Source: Camelus dromedarius
Taxonomy: Eukaryota
Assembly: GCF_036321535.1 (NCBI RefSeq)
Contig: NC_087437.1
Location: 33,606,001 to 33,670,000, forward strand
Reading direction: 5' to 3'
Length of the DNA: 64,000 nt
Part shown: positions 38,841-50,420 of the stretch, piece by piece
Numbering within the stretch: the stretch's first letter is position 1
How the letters are laid out: the number at the start of each line of letters is the position of its first letter
Notes under the pieces: generated by a model
The model's database searches: none
The model's input: the letters and a program-made list of their open reading frames with translations, nothing else
What the model was told of the DNA's origin: nothing
Program-made: the position numbers and the translations under genes

Positions 38841-40232
38841 TGTTCAAGTATATATTAAAACTGATGACTGTGGATATCACTCAGTATTTAGATCCTGTTA
38901 GTTCCATTCAAAGGGATGCTTCAACTTGATTTTAAAAGATTAATTTATACAATATGCCAAGAATCATATCCTTCAGAACTTCGTAAGCTTATGATGAAAA
39001 TTTTTAGATGTCAACTTTAAAGATGTAAGATAATACATAGTTTTTTTTAAATATTCTTTTAGGAGTAGTACATAATGATAAAGATGGTCTTTTTATTCTT
39101 TCTTGATCATGGGAGTTGGGTTGACTGGCCCAGCTTTGCTTTAGGCTGTAGGTTCTCCAGGCTTGGCTCCAATCCTCTTCTTGCAGGAATGAGGTTAAAG
39201 TCTGGCCAACCTCTCTCTAAGAGGGAACTGAAAACATTTGGAACAACCTAGAATTCTTTTGAAGAATAGATCCTAAAAGCTACCACTTATTAATTTTGTA
39301 ATTTTCATCTCAAAGATAAATAATTTTTAAACATCCCTGATTGAGATAAAGCTACATTTCCATTTCCAACCTAAATGTAGTACATTTTAGAATTCAGAAT
39401 TTCTCCTGGAAAATTTTTTTAAAAATTGTTACAACAAATTTTTCTTTACTAAGTCAGCAATTTAAAATAGTATGGTCCAAAATAAATTAATACTAATTAA
39501 CCTTTAGTATAGGCAACATCTTTTGCTTTTTTAGTATATCACATGTAAGTTAACTATTCAATTTTCCTTCTTTTAATCCTAAGTTTTCAGTATATAACAT
39601 TCACTTTGGCACTGGACCCAAACAGATTTAAAAGATTATAAAATTGCTTTTTATTGCTCAAATTAAAAAAAAAAAAAAAGGTAATCTCTTTTGCACAGGT
39701 TGCTGACGTTGCCGCTTGATAACTAAGAGCAATTTTGCAAGATTAGTTGGATGTAAATTTTGGCTTCACTGCTTATTTTTTTGGCACACTTCCTATGGTG
39801 TCAGTGATTAGATAATCCACAGTGCAAAAGGTCATTTTTTTTTAGTCTTTATCAATTCAAGACTTGTAATTATTTGGACAGAAAATAAAATGAAGTTTGT
39901 TTAGTATCAGTCCTTTGCAGTGTAAGTTAACTATGTAATCATAATTACCAGGGAACTAAAACTAAATGAAATAGTTTTAAATCCTCAAATATTTCAGAGG
40001 TAGTCGGACAAACAATTAAAATGCTGACTGTAAGTTGGTCTCATATTTTCACTAAAGAAAGTTCCCTGAAAGCTGAAGGACCCTAGTTTTCCTGATTACT
40101 TTATATATCTATCCAAACTATATGTAAAAACAGCCCACAGCTTCACACTGTATGCAGTAAGTCAGGATACTCTTCCTCCACAATTAAAAATAGTTTATTG
40201 TAGGTCATAAAGCTCTGAATATGGTAAATCTT

Positions 40233-40698
40233 TTCTTTCATTTCTTTTTTTTAATTGAGGTATAATCAATCCATAATATTGTGTTAATTTCTGATGTACA
40301 GCATAGTGATTCACTTATACATATATATATATATATTCCTTTTCATATTCTTTTCATTATACGCCATTACAAGGTATTGAATATACTTCACTGTGCTGCT
40401 ATACAGTAGGACCTTGTTGTTTATCTGTTTTATATATAGTAGTGTGTATCTACAAATCCCGAACTCCCAGTTTATCCCTCCCCACCCCTTTTTCCACCCT
40501 GGTAACCGTAAGTTTGTTTTCTGTGTCTAAAATGTAAGGCCAATTTGCAGATACATGGATGGACTTGGAGATTGTTATACTAAGCAAAGCAAGCCAGAAA
40601 GAGAAAGAAAAATACTATGTGATATTGCTTATATGTGGAATCTAAAAAAAAAAAAAAAAAAGACACAAATGAACTTATGTACAAAACAGAGGCAGACT
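40233..40698 (-). mobile_element. Complete twin-primed (5'-inverted) L1 with TSD
   Basis: Antisense 3' UTR 40233-40528 joined to a sense segment 40529-40698; TSD ctctgaa(t/a)atggtaaatctt at 40213-32 and 40699-718. Confidence 0.92.
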
Positions 40699-40744
40699 CT
40701 CTGAAAATGGTAAATCTTAAATTATCTTATGACTTTCATTTGAT

Positions 40745-40985
40745 AACTAATAATAGCAACTAGCATTTAGTGAACAGTTATTCTATGCCAAGCCCTTTAC
40801 AAGAATGATCTCATGTGACTCTCATAACACCGTATTAAATAGGCATTATTATTATCTCCATTCTGGAAATGAGGAAGCTAAGCTTAGTAGACTCAGATAG
40901 CTTTTCTGAGACATAACCAGTAAGTGGCATAGCAAGGATTTGAACCCAGATCTATCTGATTCCAGTATATCTGCCAATACTACTT
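40745..40985 (-). mobile_element. MIR
   Basis: attatctccattctggaaatgaggaagctaag...ggatttgaacccagatctatctgattcca. Confidence 0.85.
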
Positions 40986-41056
40986 CCCTAGTATATTTTA
41001 TGTGTTGAATTGTCATATACCAAGTATCAAATGTTGCTCTTGACATACTTATATTT

Positions 41057-41500
41057 TGTTTTAGTTAGTTGTTTCTGCAATAATGCCATATAACAAAATA
41101 CTCTAAAACTCAATGTATCCAATAATTAGCATTCTTTTTCTTGATCCCAAGAGGGTGGGACAGCCAGGAGGACCCTGTTTCAATCTGTTGGTCAGCTGGG
41201 CTTGGCTTCAGGCTTAGAACTCGGTCCACATCTACTCTGTGGGTCACCATGTCCTTCCTGACCAGCAGCTCCCTAAGGTGTGTTGTCTCACGGCAAATCA
41301 CAGGAGTGTGAGAGTACAATGTAAACCACACAAGCATGCTGCAAACTTCTTGTATCAAGTCTGCTCACAGTCCCTTGGCCAAAGGAAACCACAGGGCCAG
41401 GTTCCAAGTCAGTGGATCAGAAAAATATGCTACATCCCATGGGAATATGTATTTCTTCCCTGAGAAAGAGAATATTTCTAACGCAAATTCAGTCTATCAC
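41057..41500 (-). mobile_element. Old MLT1 LTR
   Basis: tgttttagttag..tgcaataatgc..ataacaaa..ctaaaactcaatg; ccttggccaaaggaaaccacaggg. Confidence 0.7.
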
Positions 41501-41799
41501 ATATTGCTTGTGCAGTGCTAGATGTAGGCTGCTTTCCTTTGTTATTACCAACATTGTTCCTGCTACATCCATGCAGTGATGGTGTGTGTATATCCCAGAT
41601 GCTACATAGAATAGAAACAGAGGCATGTTTTAAGTTGGCAAGTGGTTTCAGTTTTTATAAATAAAGCTTAAATGTTTATATTGATTCTTTAATTTGTTAA
41701 ATAAAAGATCTAATGCTATCATGAAAAAATAACACTAAAAAGGCTTAAAAGCAGTTTAAAATAAGGTGGGTTATTTAAAAACACACACACAATAAATAA

Positions 41800-42410
41800 A
41801 AATTAAATTGCATCTTGGTTTCTAATGCCATTGTCCAATAAAAGGAAAAAGTATGAAAAAGTAGGGGGAAATAGTAACTTTTCAGTGGAAAAGCCTGACA
41901 AACAACACTACTTCAGCCAGGTGGTCAGGTTTAATGTCAAGAGTGATATCATGCTGATGTGATGAAATGGCACTTTATGTCTGTGTCCTTCCTCCCAAAA
42001 CACAAAACTCAGATAAACATTAGAAAAATCCCAATCAAGAGACATTTGAGAAAATATCTGACCAGTACTTCTCAAAACTGTCAAGGTCATCAAAAGTAAA
42101 GAATGTCTGAGAAACTGTCACAGTCAGGAGTCTAAGGACATGATGACTAAGTGTAATGTGGTATCATGGATAGGATCCTGGGACAGGAAAAAGTACATTA
42201 GGTTAAAACTAAGAAAATCTGAATAAAATATAGACTTTAGCTAATAATAACATATCCATATTGGTTTATTAATTGTGGCAAATATACCATAACTAATATA
42301 AGATGTTTTTAGGAGGGAAAACTGGGTGTGGGTTATATGGGAACTGTGTACTATCTCTGCAATTTTTCTATAAATATAAAACTGTTCTAAAATGAGCAAG
42401 TTTATCTGTT
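41800..42410 (+). mobile_element. L1MC/L1MD-type 3' end
   Basis: aatagtaactttcagtggaaaagcctgacaaac...gaccagtacttctcaaaactgtcaaggtcatc...ggaaaactgggtgtgg..atatgggaact. Confidence 0.85.
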
Positions 42411-42723
42411 AAAAATTAAATTGCAATGATATAAAACAAAGAAAAATAATAAAAACAAATTAAAAGACAAAACCAAATACTGGAAAAAATATTTTAAAGA
42501 AGGACAATTACAATGATACTTAATAATTGTGGCAGTTGGGAAAACCGATCAGAGCTAAAAACTGACTCTTGCTAAATATGTGTCAGTGTGATCATTAATA
42601 TTTGACCTTTAAACATTTAGAGCTGAATCCCCTGAAGGAATTGCCTTGGGACTGCCTAAGACAAAGCAAGGAGGGTTCAAATGCCAGTCTTATGGTATGG
42701 AAGTCCAGTTGGCTTGACAGCAT

Positions 42724-42790
42724 TCTCTCTCTCTGTCTCTTTCTCTTTCTCACACACACACGCACACGCACACGCACACGCACACACACA
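42724..42790. repeat. (CT)-rich tract followed by (CA)/(CGCACA)n
   Basis: Directly visible; 40 bp of alternating purine-pyrimidine at 42751-42790. Confidence 0.95.
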
Positions 42791-44199
42791 GTGTGCGAGG
42801 TACTATCCACACTGTGGTTTCTGGTTCTCTCTTCTGGCTGTTTCCGGACCCCCATCTGTCACCCTTACCCTCTGCACTTCTGGTTACGCAAAAGAAATCT
42901 GCTGTTATTACTTCGTGCTTCTCAGAGAAGGAGTGTGGACAGGAAAGGGTTAAAAGGGAGTGTCTGGGTAGTGAGGCGGGGTTTCAGAACATCCCAGGGT
43001 CTCTAGCAGAAGGCTGGCTAAGAATATTTAGGAACTTTTCCAAAACTATTGCTGGTAGGCAATGAAGGCAAAACTCTCTATTAGTCACATCAAAAAGTGA
43101 AGAGTAAATACCCTTTCAATTTTTAAAAAAACAATAAAACATTCAAGCAAAGATTTGGTTGGATTTTGATAAAGCTGAAATGGCTTCCAGAAGCAATCCT
43201 CTCTTTCTCTCTCTCTTCTGTATTTTTCTGTTTCTCTTGAGAGAAACCATGACATCCCATTTCTGGTTCACATGTTTTAGAAAAAAAATCGAAGCATATT
43301 GTCAGTCATGTAATTGATATACAGTGCTTCTTGACATGTCTATTTTTAATTAAAACACATTTTAATTAAAAAAGGAGAGAGCAATTTTAAGAAGAGAAGC
43401 TCTCTGCCAGATGGTGATTCCTAATTTACCTCGAATGTGTTGGGAGCCACATGATTCATTTTTGATTAGCCTGTGTTTGTGCATTGTAGAGAATAGTAAT
43501 TTTGTTATGAAAAATATCCACCCACAGCACTCCTTCTAAGTGAGGTAAGTGGGTGTGTGTGGTCAGGGTCATTGGAACTGGTGTGTCCTACAGCTCTTCA
43601 CCCAGGAATTCTGATGCCATGAGTAAGACTTTTGTGTAAAACTTTCACTCATGCACTTGTGCTTTTCTTAATAAATAAAATCCCTGCGGTATCAGATTCA
43701 GGCTCGCAAATGCAGGGTCACATTTGAGTGCCAAGGCTCAGAGCCAAGAAATACTGCTGGACAGGGGTCCACTTGCAGTGGTGGTCGGGAATTCCAGTGA
43801 AGCCAGATGGGAGGAATAACACTGTTCTTCCTTTGCTTTTTTCTGTGATTTCACACCTCACTGGCTTCATCACCAAACCTGAATTCCGTACAAGCTCTGT
43901 GCTCCACAAATACATACACCTCACATGTTCCCCATCTCTAGGCCATAGTACATGTGTACAGTACATACTGTAGAATGGCCCTGCGTGTAGAATACCGTGT
44001 ACTGGACCACAGGTCTACATACTGTAGTAAGAGAAAACACGGTGACCAGAGGGTAGCAGTTGTTCTAAGCAATTTGTCCCTGGTTAGAGGGGGAGAGTGA
44101 AACTGACACTGAAGCACTCTAAGTCACAGTTGGAGCGTGTAGTTAAGCCAAACCTAAATTATCAAAGTTTAAGCATCATAAAGGAGACCAGTAGTCATA

Positions 44200-44345
44200 T
44201 TCCCTTGGGGTGTGACTTGGATGAGCCATTTAACCTCTCTGAGTCTATTTTCCCAACTGTGAAAAAGAAATAGTAATACTTGCGTGCTACAGTAAGTGCC
44301 AGGAATAAATGGAGTAATGACAATTAAAGCATTTTGTAATGATTT
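44200..44345 (+). mobile_element. MIR
   Basis: tgtgacttggatgagccatttaacctctctgagtct..tttcccaactgtgaaaa. Confidence 0.75.
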
Positions 44346-46179
44346 AAGAGTAAAATATACTTTATTAAAGGTGAATTCAACAACACTATTTTTCTTGGAT
44401 TTGTCTGCATAAGAGTTTAGTGGTAGTGTTGTTGCTTGTTGTTTGTTTTTTAATAGTCTCTCTGAGACCAAGAAGGAATAAAGCAAACGAGAAAATGCTC
44501 TGGGTATTTTTGTGCCTTAAATGAACCAATATAGTTATTTTTAATTAAGCTTTGGGGTTTATAATTTTAATCATTCATGAAAAACTCAGAGTTTCCTTTT
44601 TCTTGCCCAGATTCAATCCCTGAGCCATGATTGTTTAAAATAGCTCTAAAAATGAGAATACAACTTGAAGGCATTGTCAGACACAACCATAGCTTTCAAA
44701 ACAAGATGCCATTTATTTCAAAATCCTGGGATGAAATAGATCCCAATTTGAAAAGAAGAAATAGTTCAATGGACTCAGATTAAGCTTCCTAGTGTCTTTA
44801 AAAAATGTTTTAGTGTTTAAGCACTGAGTTTCTGACCACAATTGTAAGAAACAACAGGATCGGGATGTCGTATTGATTCTTACAAGTTACTATAACGTAG
44901 TGCGATATAATGGATCGATAAATTATAGAAACTTAAATTTCAGACTTGACAATCTTCAATAAGACTTTAATCCTCTTGTAATTCAAACTCACTTGTGACC
45001 TGTGCCTCAAATTTTCCACTGAGTTCTGGATACAGCAAAGAGAGCACATACCCTACATCATAGAATTTGTCAGCGATGATAGTGAGAAAGTGGAGTAAGA
45101 AAGTGAAGTATCTCTGAGTGCACCTCTTAGAAGTCAGATATTTGACAGATATCACATATATCTTGAGGTTAGTTAACATTAATCTTGCCAAAACACAGTT
45201 TTACTTCTAAATATTAAATTGTATTTACACAAAGGCTGTAAAGACATGGCTCATTACTTTTACCAAAATGCAGTTGATTTGACACTGCTCTAATTTATCT
45301 ATCTAACTCCTACTTTTTGTATTAGTTTACTGTGCATTGGCATGATTTCTAAAGTGTTCAGATCTTTTAAATTTGCATTTCAAAGTAGCTATAAAATATG
45401 TATTCCATTGCAAAACATTAGCATGAAGCGATTCAGTATTATATATTCTGTCGGAAATGCCAGGAAGGATTCCACAACTATTGAATTTCCATCTGGCAGC
45501 ATCTTCCTACACTGAATATTTGCATAAATATTTCAGCAATAAAGTAAAATTACCAAACATAAACTCTTTAGGTTATATTCCAAATTGATAACCTCTTCAA
45601 AATTTAATAGGCAAAAGAACCATGCAATTGCGAAGAAATTACTATAGTGCTTTCCACCTATTTTGAACTGTCTTGGGGAAATAGTTCCTTCCTCAGTACG
45701 CATTTCACTCATATCTTACCTTTTCTGTCCATAAGGAATGAGTGTTGAGTGGTTGAAAAAAAATGAATTCGTACCCAATATATGTATGAATGTTTAAGTA
45801 GTCTAGCTGCCTTCTCCAGAACATTATTCAGTCTGAATGAAAGAGTTACGTGCTGAATTAATGACAGGTGACTATAGTGGAATTGGGATATTCTCGAGCA
45901 AGAACCTTCTATTTTATTTAAATGAATGCCATCTTTTTTAGTGCAAAGATAACATTCATCCTCAGAGCTACATTTTCCAAGGCTGGTGATGATTGGTGTG
46001 CTAACCAAATTTCCAGAAGCTCCTTTATTTTTCACCAGTGATAACAGAGAGCACCTATATTTTCACCTATATTGTGCAAGGGCTGTTCACATTTTCAAGT
46101 GTAAATGAGGCTAGAAACAGGAGAGATGCTTTATATGCTACTTTATGCAATAATCTAACTCTGCAGGATTATCATACAC

Positions 46180-46432
46180 TGGGTGGTGGCTAAGAGTCCC
46201 TCACGGGAGTCAGACAGAACTGGAGGTCAATCTGGCTCTGCCTTTTATTGATACTGTGACCTTGGGCAGATTGCTTAAAATCCTTTTAGTTCTTTTGCTC
46301 ATCTTGGAAAGAGTGGTAACAGTAATGCCAATCACGGGGGATTGTTTTCTGAGTTAAGGAAAATAATATATGTTAAGTCTTCACTCCAGTGCCTGGCGTG
46401 GGTAAAAGCTGAGAAAATGTGAGCTATTACTA
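46180..46432 (+). mobile_element. MIR, near full length
   Basis: ggagtcagacagaactgg...ctgtgaccttgggcagattgcttaa...cagtgcctggcg...gctattactat. Confidence 0.85.
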
Positions 46433-47559
46433 TGAAGACGGTTCTTGTTTTATTGTCGTAGTTACTACCCACCTGTCCAGACTTTACTAAATGGCCTCTA
46501 TCATAGACATGTGATGTATATGCACATACGTATTATACGCATATAGCATCTGTACACATATACACATCTATGTGTGATTTAATAGAGGGAATAACAGCCT
46601 GGGGGTCAGGGCACCTGGGCTCTAGTCTCAGCTTTGTCACCTACTGGGGTCTTTGGGTCAGTAGTTCATATCTCTGAAGCCCATTTTCCTTATACTTAAA
46701 CAGAGGGTTAGGCTTAAAGATGACAGCCCAGAAAAGGCTCAGTTCTAACTTTCTAGAAGACTGATTCTTGCAAAACTAAGCAGTAGTGTTGGCAGCAAAA
46801 GCATCTCCGCCACCTTTTCTCTTTGACTCTGTGAGCACTGGTCCTTTTCCTGTAGGCATTTAAGTGATTCCATGGAATAGTGCTTGGCCCTCAAAGTAAG
46901 GAGATTTTCAGATTGTCAAGAAAAAAAAAAATGGTAAGAATGCTGGGTGAGGCTGCCTCCACATGCTGCACTGATTTTACTAAGATGTTTTTGTTTTTTA
47001 ATGTAAATCAGCACAACAGTAAAATCTATAGATAGAACGTCAGTCAGCCAGTTTGCCTTCATAGTTTTGCTTTTGTATGTCAGATTTTGGCATCATGTAG
47101 ACACCAAGAAAGAACTAATTTCTTGGAGGATGCTTTAAGACACCCAAGTTTATGTACTGACAAAGCTGTGTAACTTAAACTTCCTTTGCCAGCACACACC
47201 TGGCTGTAATACTGTTCACTGAGAACGGCCCACTGTTGTCTAAAGCTCACGTGTCCTCCAGAAAGGACCCTCTGTGTGTCAGAATGAGAGAGATGGGGCT
47301 GGTGGGCTGAGCCCTGTGATATTTACTCGCTTACTTACTTGTTGCTTTATAATTTTAGGTTGCTTGGTCATAGAGTAAACTTGAGAACCGTAATGTTGCA
47401 GGGACATAAATATGACATTGTCACCCCCTCCCCCACTAAGTATCTGCACATTTTTTAAAAGTAATCTTGCCATTTTTTCAACCAGGGAGGTCGGAACACG
47501 ATTATCAAATGATACTGCTAGCCATCATTTAATGACCACCCACTGTGTGCCCTCACTGC

Positions 47560-47740
47560 GCTTCACATGCCTTTTGACCCAGCAGTCCTACTCCTAGGTG
47601 TGCACTTAGCAGAAGTGCATAACATGTGCGGCAAAAGACATTTATGGAAATGTTTGTAGCAGCACTTTTTGTAATAGCTTCAAACCGTAAATGAGCCGAA
47701 TGCTTGTTGGCAGCAAGGTGAATAGACTGTAGTGTGGCCA
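47560..47740 (+). mobile_element. L1M fragment
   Basis: ttttgacccagcagtcctactcctaggt...aatgtttgtagcagcactttttgtaatagc. Confidence 0.75.
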
Positions 47741-48819
47741 CGCTGTGTGTAAAGCTCATAGAGGACGTGCTTTCTGTGTCCTAATTACTCAGTAATCTTC
47801 AAAATTCTGCAAGTATTATTACTCTGTTTTACAGCAAAGCAAGGAAGTCTGAAGGCTAAACTGACCTGTCTGAGAGTGCTCGCCTAGTAGGTACTGTACT
47901 GCATCCAGATAAAGCTCTTCTGGATTCCAGAGTCCAGCCTCTCGATCACACCTCACTGCCACTTAATAGCTGCTATTTACAGATGCTTTACGTATATCAG
48001 TGCGTTTCATCTCATCCCGTTTTAACCTCACAGCAACTCTGCAAGGTTAGGAAACTGAAAGAGAGAAACAAGAAAGTGGGAAAGTTGAGGTTAAAACCTA
48101 GCTCCTTTTGACTTCAAAACTCACGTTTGTTCTGTCAGGATACAATATCTCACGTGGTATAAGCTGTATTCTTTTTTTCTATAAATGAATTTATGCAATT
48201 TTTGTGGAAAGTTTTTTTGTGTGAAATCGGAGATTGTATAGTAAAAAGGGTTTGACTGTATTGTAATTATTTATCCCAAAGTGTAAAATTGGGACTATTA
48301 AACTTGATAGTCTGCTTTGATTTTTCTCACTTTTAACTAAAAATAGTGATGGGGAAAAAGTAATTGGGGAAGATGGATGTTTCCTTACAGTGAACTCGAT
48401 ATTTTACATGTTTACTTTCAAAGAGTAATAGTAAGATGGCCTGATGTTTTTATCTGAAATTTGTCAGGAAGAAATTGATGAATATGTTCAAGGTTATTTT
48501 CATTTTTTAAGAAACAAAATCCATAAATTGACTAAGAAAAAGTACCTAATATAAAGATACGAAAATTTTGAAATATACCTGTACAGTATTGCAAAATTAG
48601 GTCTCTAAGTAAGTAAAGCATTGTGCCAGCTCTTTAGGGACCCAATAAGGACTCTCAGAAAACTATTGGAGGAATTGAGGTATCAGCTTTGCTGTGAACA
48701 GTTCCTGAGCCCTTCCTGCTCTTCCAGCTCTGTAGGGCTGAGGAGGTACAGACTGGTGGTAATCTTGCCTCCCATTTGTGTATGACTACCCAGGCAACAC
48801 TGCAGTTTCCCAGTGAGTC

Positions 48820-48970
48820 AGCTGTGCAGATGAATATGCCCATTTTACAGACGAGGAAGCCAGTGTTTGAAGGTGAATGATTTACCCGAATTCTTGTGGC
48901 TGGTGTGTGACAGAGCCAGGAATCAAACCCAGATCTTCTGAATCCCAGTCTTTCCCCAGCACATACCATT
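48820..48970 (-). mobile_element. MIR
   Basis: gcccattttacagacgaggaag...gacagagccaggaatcaaacccagatcttctga. Confidence 0.8.
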
Positions 48971-49659
48971 TATTCTTGCAATAATCCAACACATAATTGC
49001 TGATGCTTTGGGGTTTTCAGGGAGGGGGGCGGAAATGGTCGACATCCTGTGTCTGTGATGGCATAAGTACCACAGAGTAACTGTAGGACTTAGATCATTT
49101 TTAATACTACTGCTGTAGCAACTGATGCATGCCGTGGTGCACATTAGTGAGTAGGAGGTGAAAGTGAAAGATAACTTTTTGCATCAGTTGTGTTGTAATA
49201 TCTCCTATTGGTTTAGACCCAGTTTACAGTACACTGAATGCACAGAAAAATGGGTAGAGAAATCATAGACCACAGGATCTGGGAGGAACTTTAGAGTTTG
49301 TCAGACCCCTACTATAAAAGAGGGAAGCTGAACCCTTAGACCTGAAGGGAGGAGCTACAGATTACACAACTTTTCCAGGGCAGAGTGAGGCAAACTCATC
49401 CATTGTCTCCAACAGTGTGGGAGATGCAGACTATGACCAGTACACTGGATAAGTTTGTGAGCTACTGAGATGAGAATTTTTTTTTTTAAATTTACTGATA
49501 TATTTATTTGTTTTTTACTCTCACTGTTGAAAAGACATGGACAAATAAAAGATATTTTCCCAGTAGCTGGCCAAGCCTTGCCTCATCTGAGTCCAAACGG
49601 CCTCCTTGCTTCTTCGTTAAGGGACTTTGGGTCTGACGCAGACATGACAGTTATCACAT

Positions 49660-49885
49660 CCCTACCCTGTTTTGGAGCCATACCACAGGAGCCGCAGGTT
49701 CTTATCATGTCTCATCTTGCTCTGTTTCCCACCTTGCTCACAAGGCTACCTTCAGTTCCTTAAATATACCCAGTGCTCTCTTACCCCAGGCCCTTTGCAC
49801 ATGTGATTTCCTCTGCCTATAACACTTTTCTGCCTTCTGTCTACACAGCTAGCTTCTTCTTTCAATTGAAGTCTTAAGTTAAATG
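49660..49885 (+). mobile_element. L2 fragment
   Basis: ccttcagttcctt...ccccaggccctttgcacatgtgatttcctctgcct. Confidence 0.7.
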
Positions 49886-50052
49886 TAGGGTTGCCAGATA
49901 AAATATAGGTTTCCCAGCCAAACTCAAATCTCAGATAGATAACAACTATTTCTTTTGTATAAATATCTCCCAAATATTGCCTGGCACATACTTATACTAA
50001 AAAATTACCCATTGCTTACTGAAATTCAGATTTAATGGGGCACCTGTATTAA
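49886..50052. mobile_element. MER53 palindromic hAT MITE, right end missing
   Basis: tagggttgccagataaaata...cccaaatattgcctggcacatacttatactaaaaaatt...ctgaaattcagatttaa..gggcacctgtatt. Confidence 0.88.
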
Positions 50053-50420
50053 AAATTTTTTTGACATAAGTGTAGATCACATGTGGTTGTAAGAAATAAT
50101 ACAGAGAGATCCCGTATACACTTCATCTAGTTTTCCCAGGGGTAGCATCGTGTATACCTGTAGTGTAATAGCACAACTAGGAAGCTGACAAGGATACAAC
50201 CACTGATTTTACTCAGATTTCACCAGTTTTACAAACAGTGTGTGTGTGTGTGCACGCATACTTCATCTATGCAGTTTTACCACACGCAGATTTGTGCAGC
50301 CATCACAATCAGGATCCACACCAGTTCGATCACGAGGCTTCCTCCTGTCACTGTTTATAGCCATAGCCACCTGTCTCTCTCTCCCCCTCCCTAAGTCCGG
50401 ACAACCACCCCTCTATCCCC
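50053..50420 (-). mobile_element. L1MC-type 3' end
   Basis: gtagatcacatg.ggttgtaagaaataatacagagagatcccgtatac...tttactcagatttcaccagtttt. Confidence 0.85.

Noticed and set aside
42787..42830. CACAGTG heptamers as V(D)J recombination signals
   Set aside because: No ACAAAAACC-like nonamer at 12/23 spacing and no V or J segments nearby.
42595..43065. Four overlapping ORFs
   Set aside because: Frames are held open by the CT/CA microsatellite; the peptides are low-complexity.
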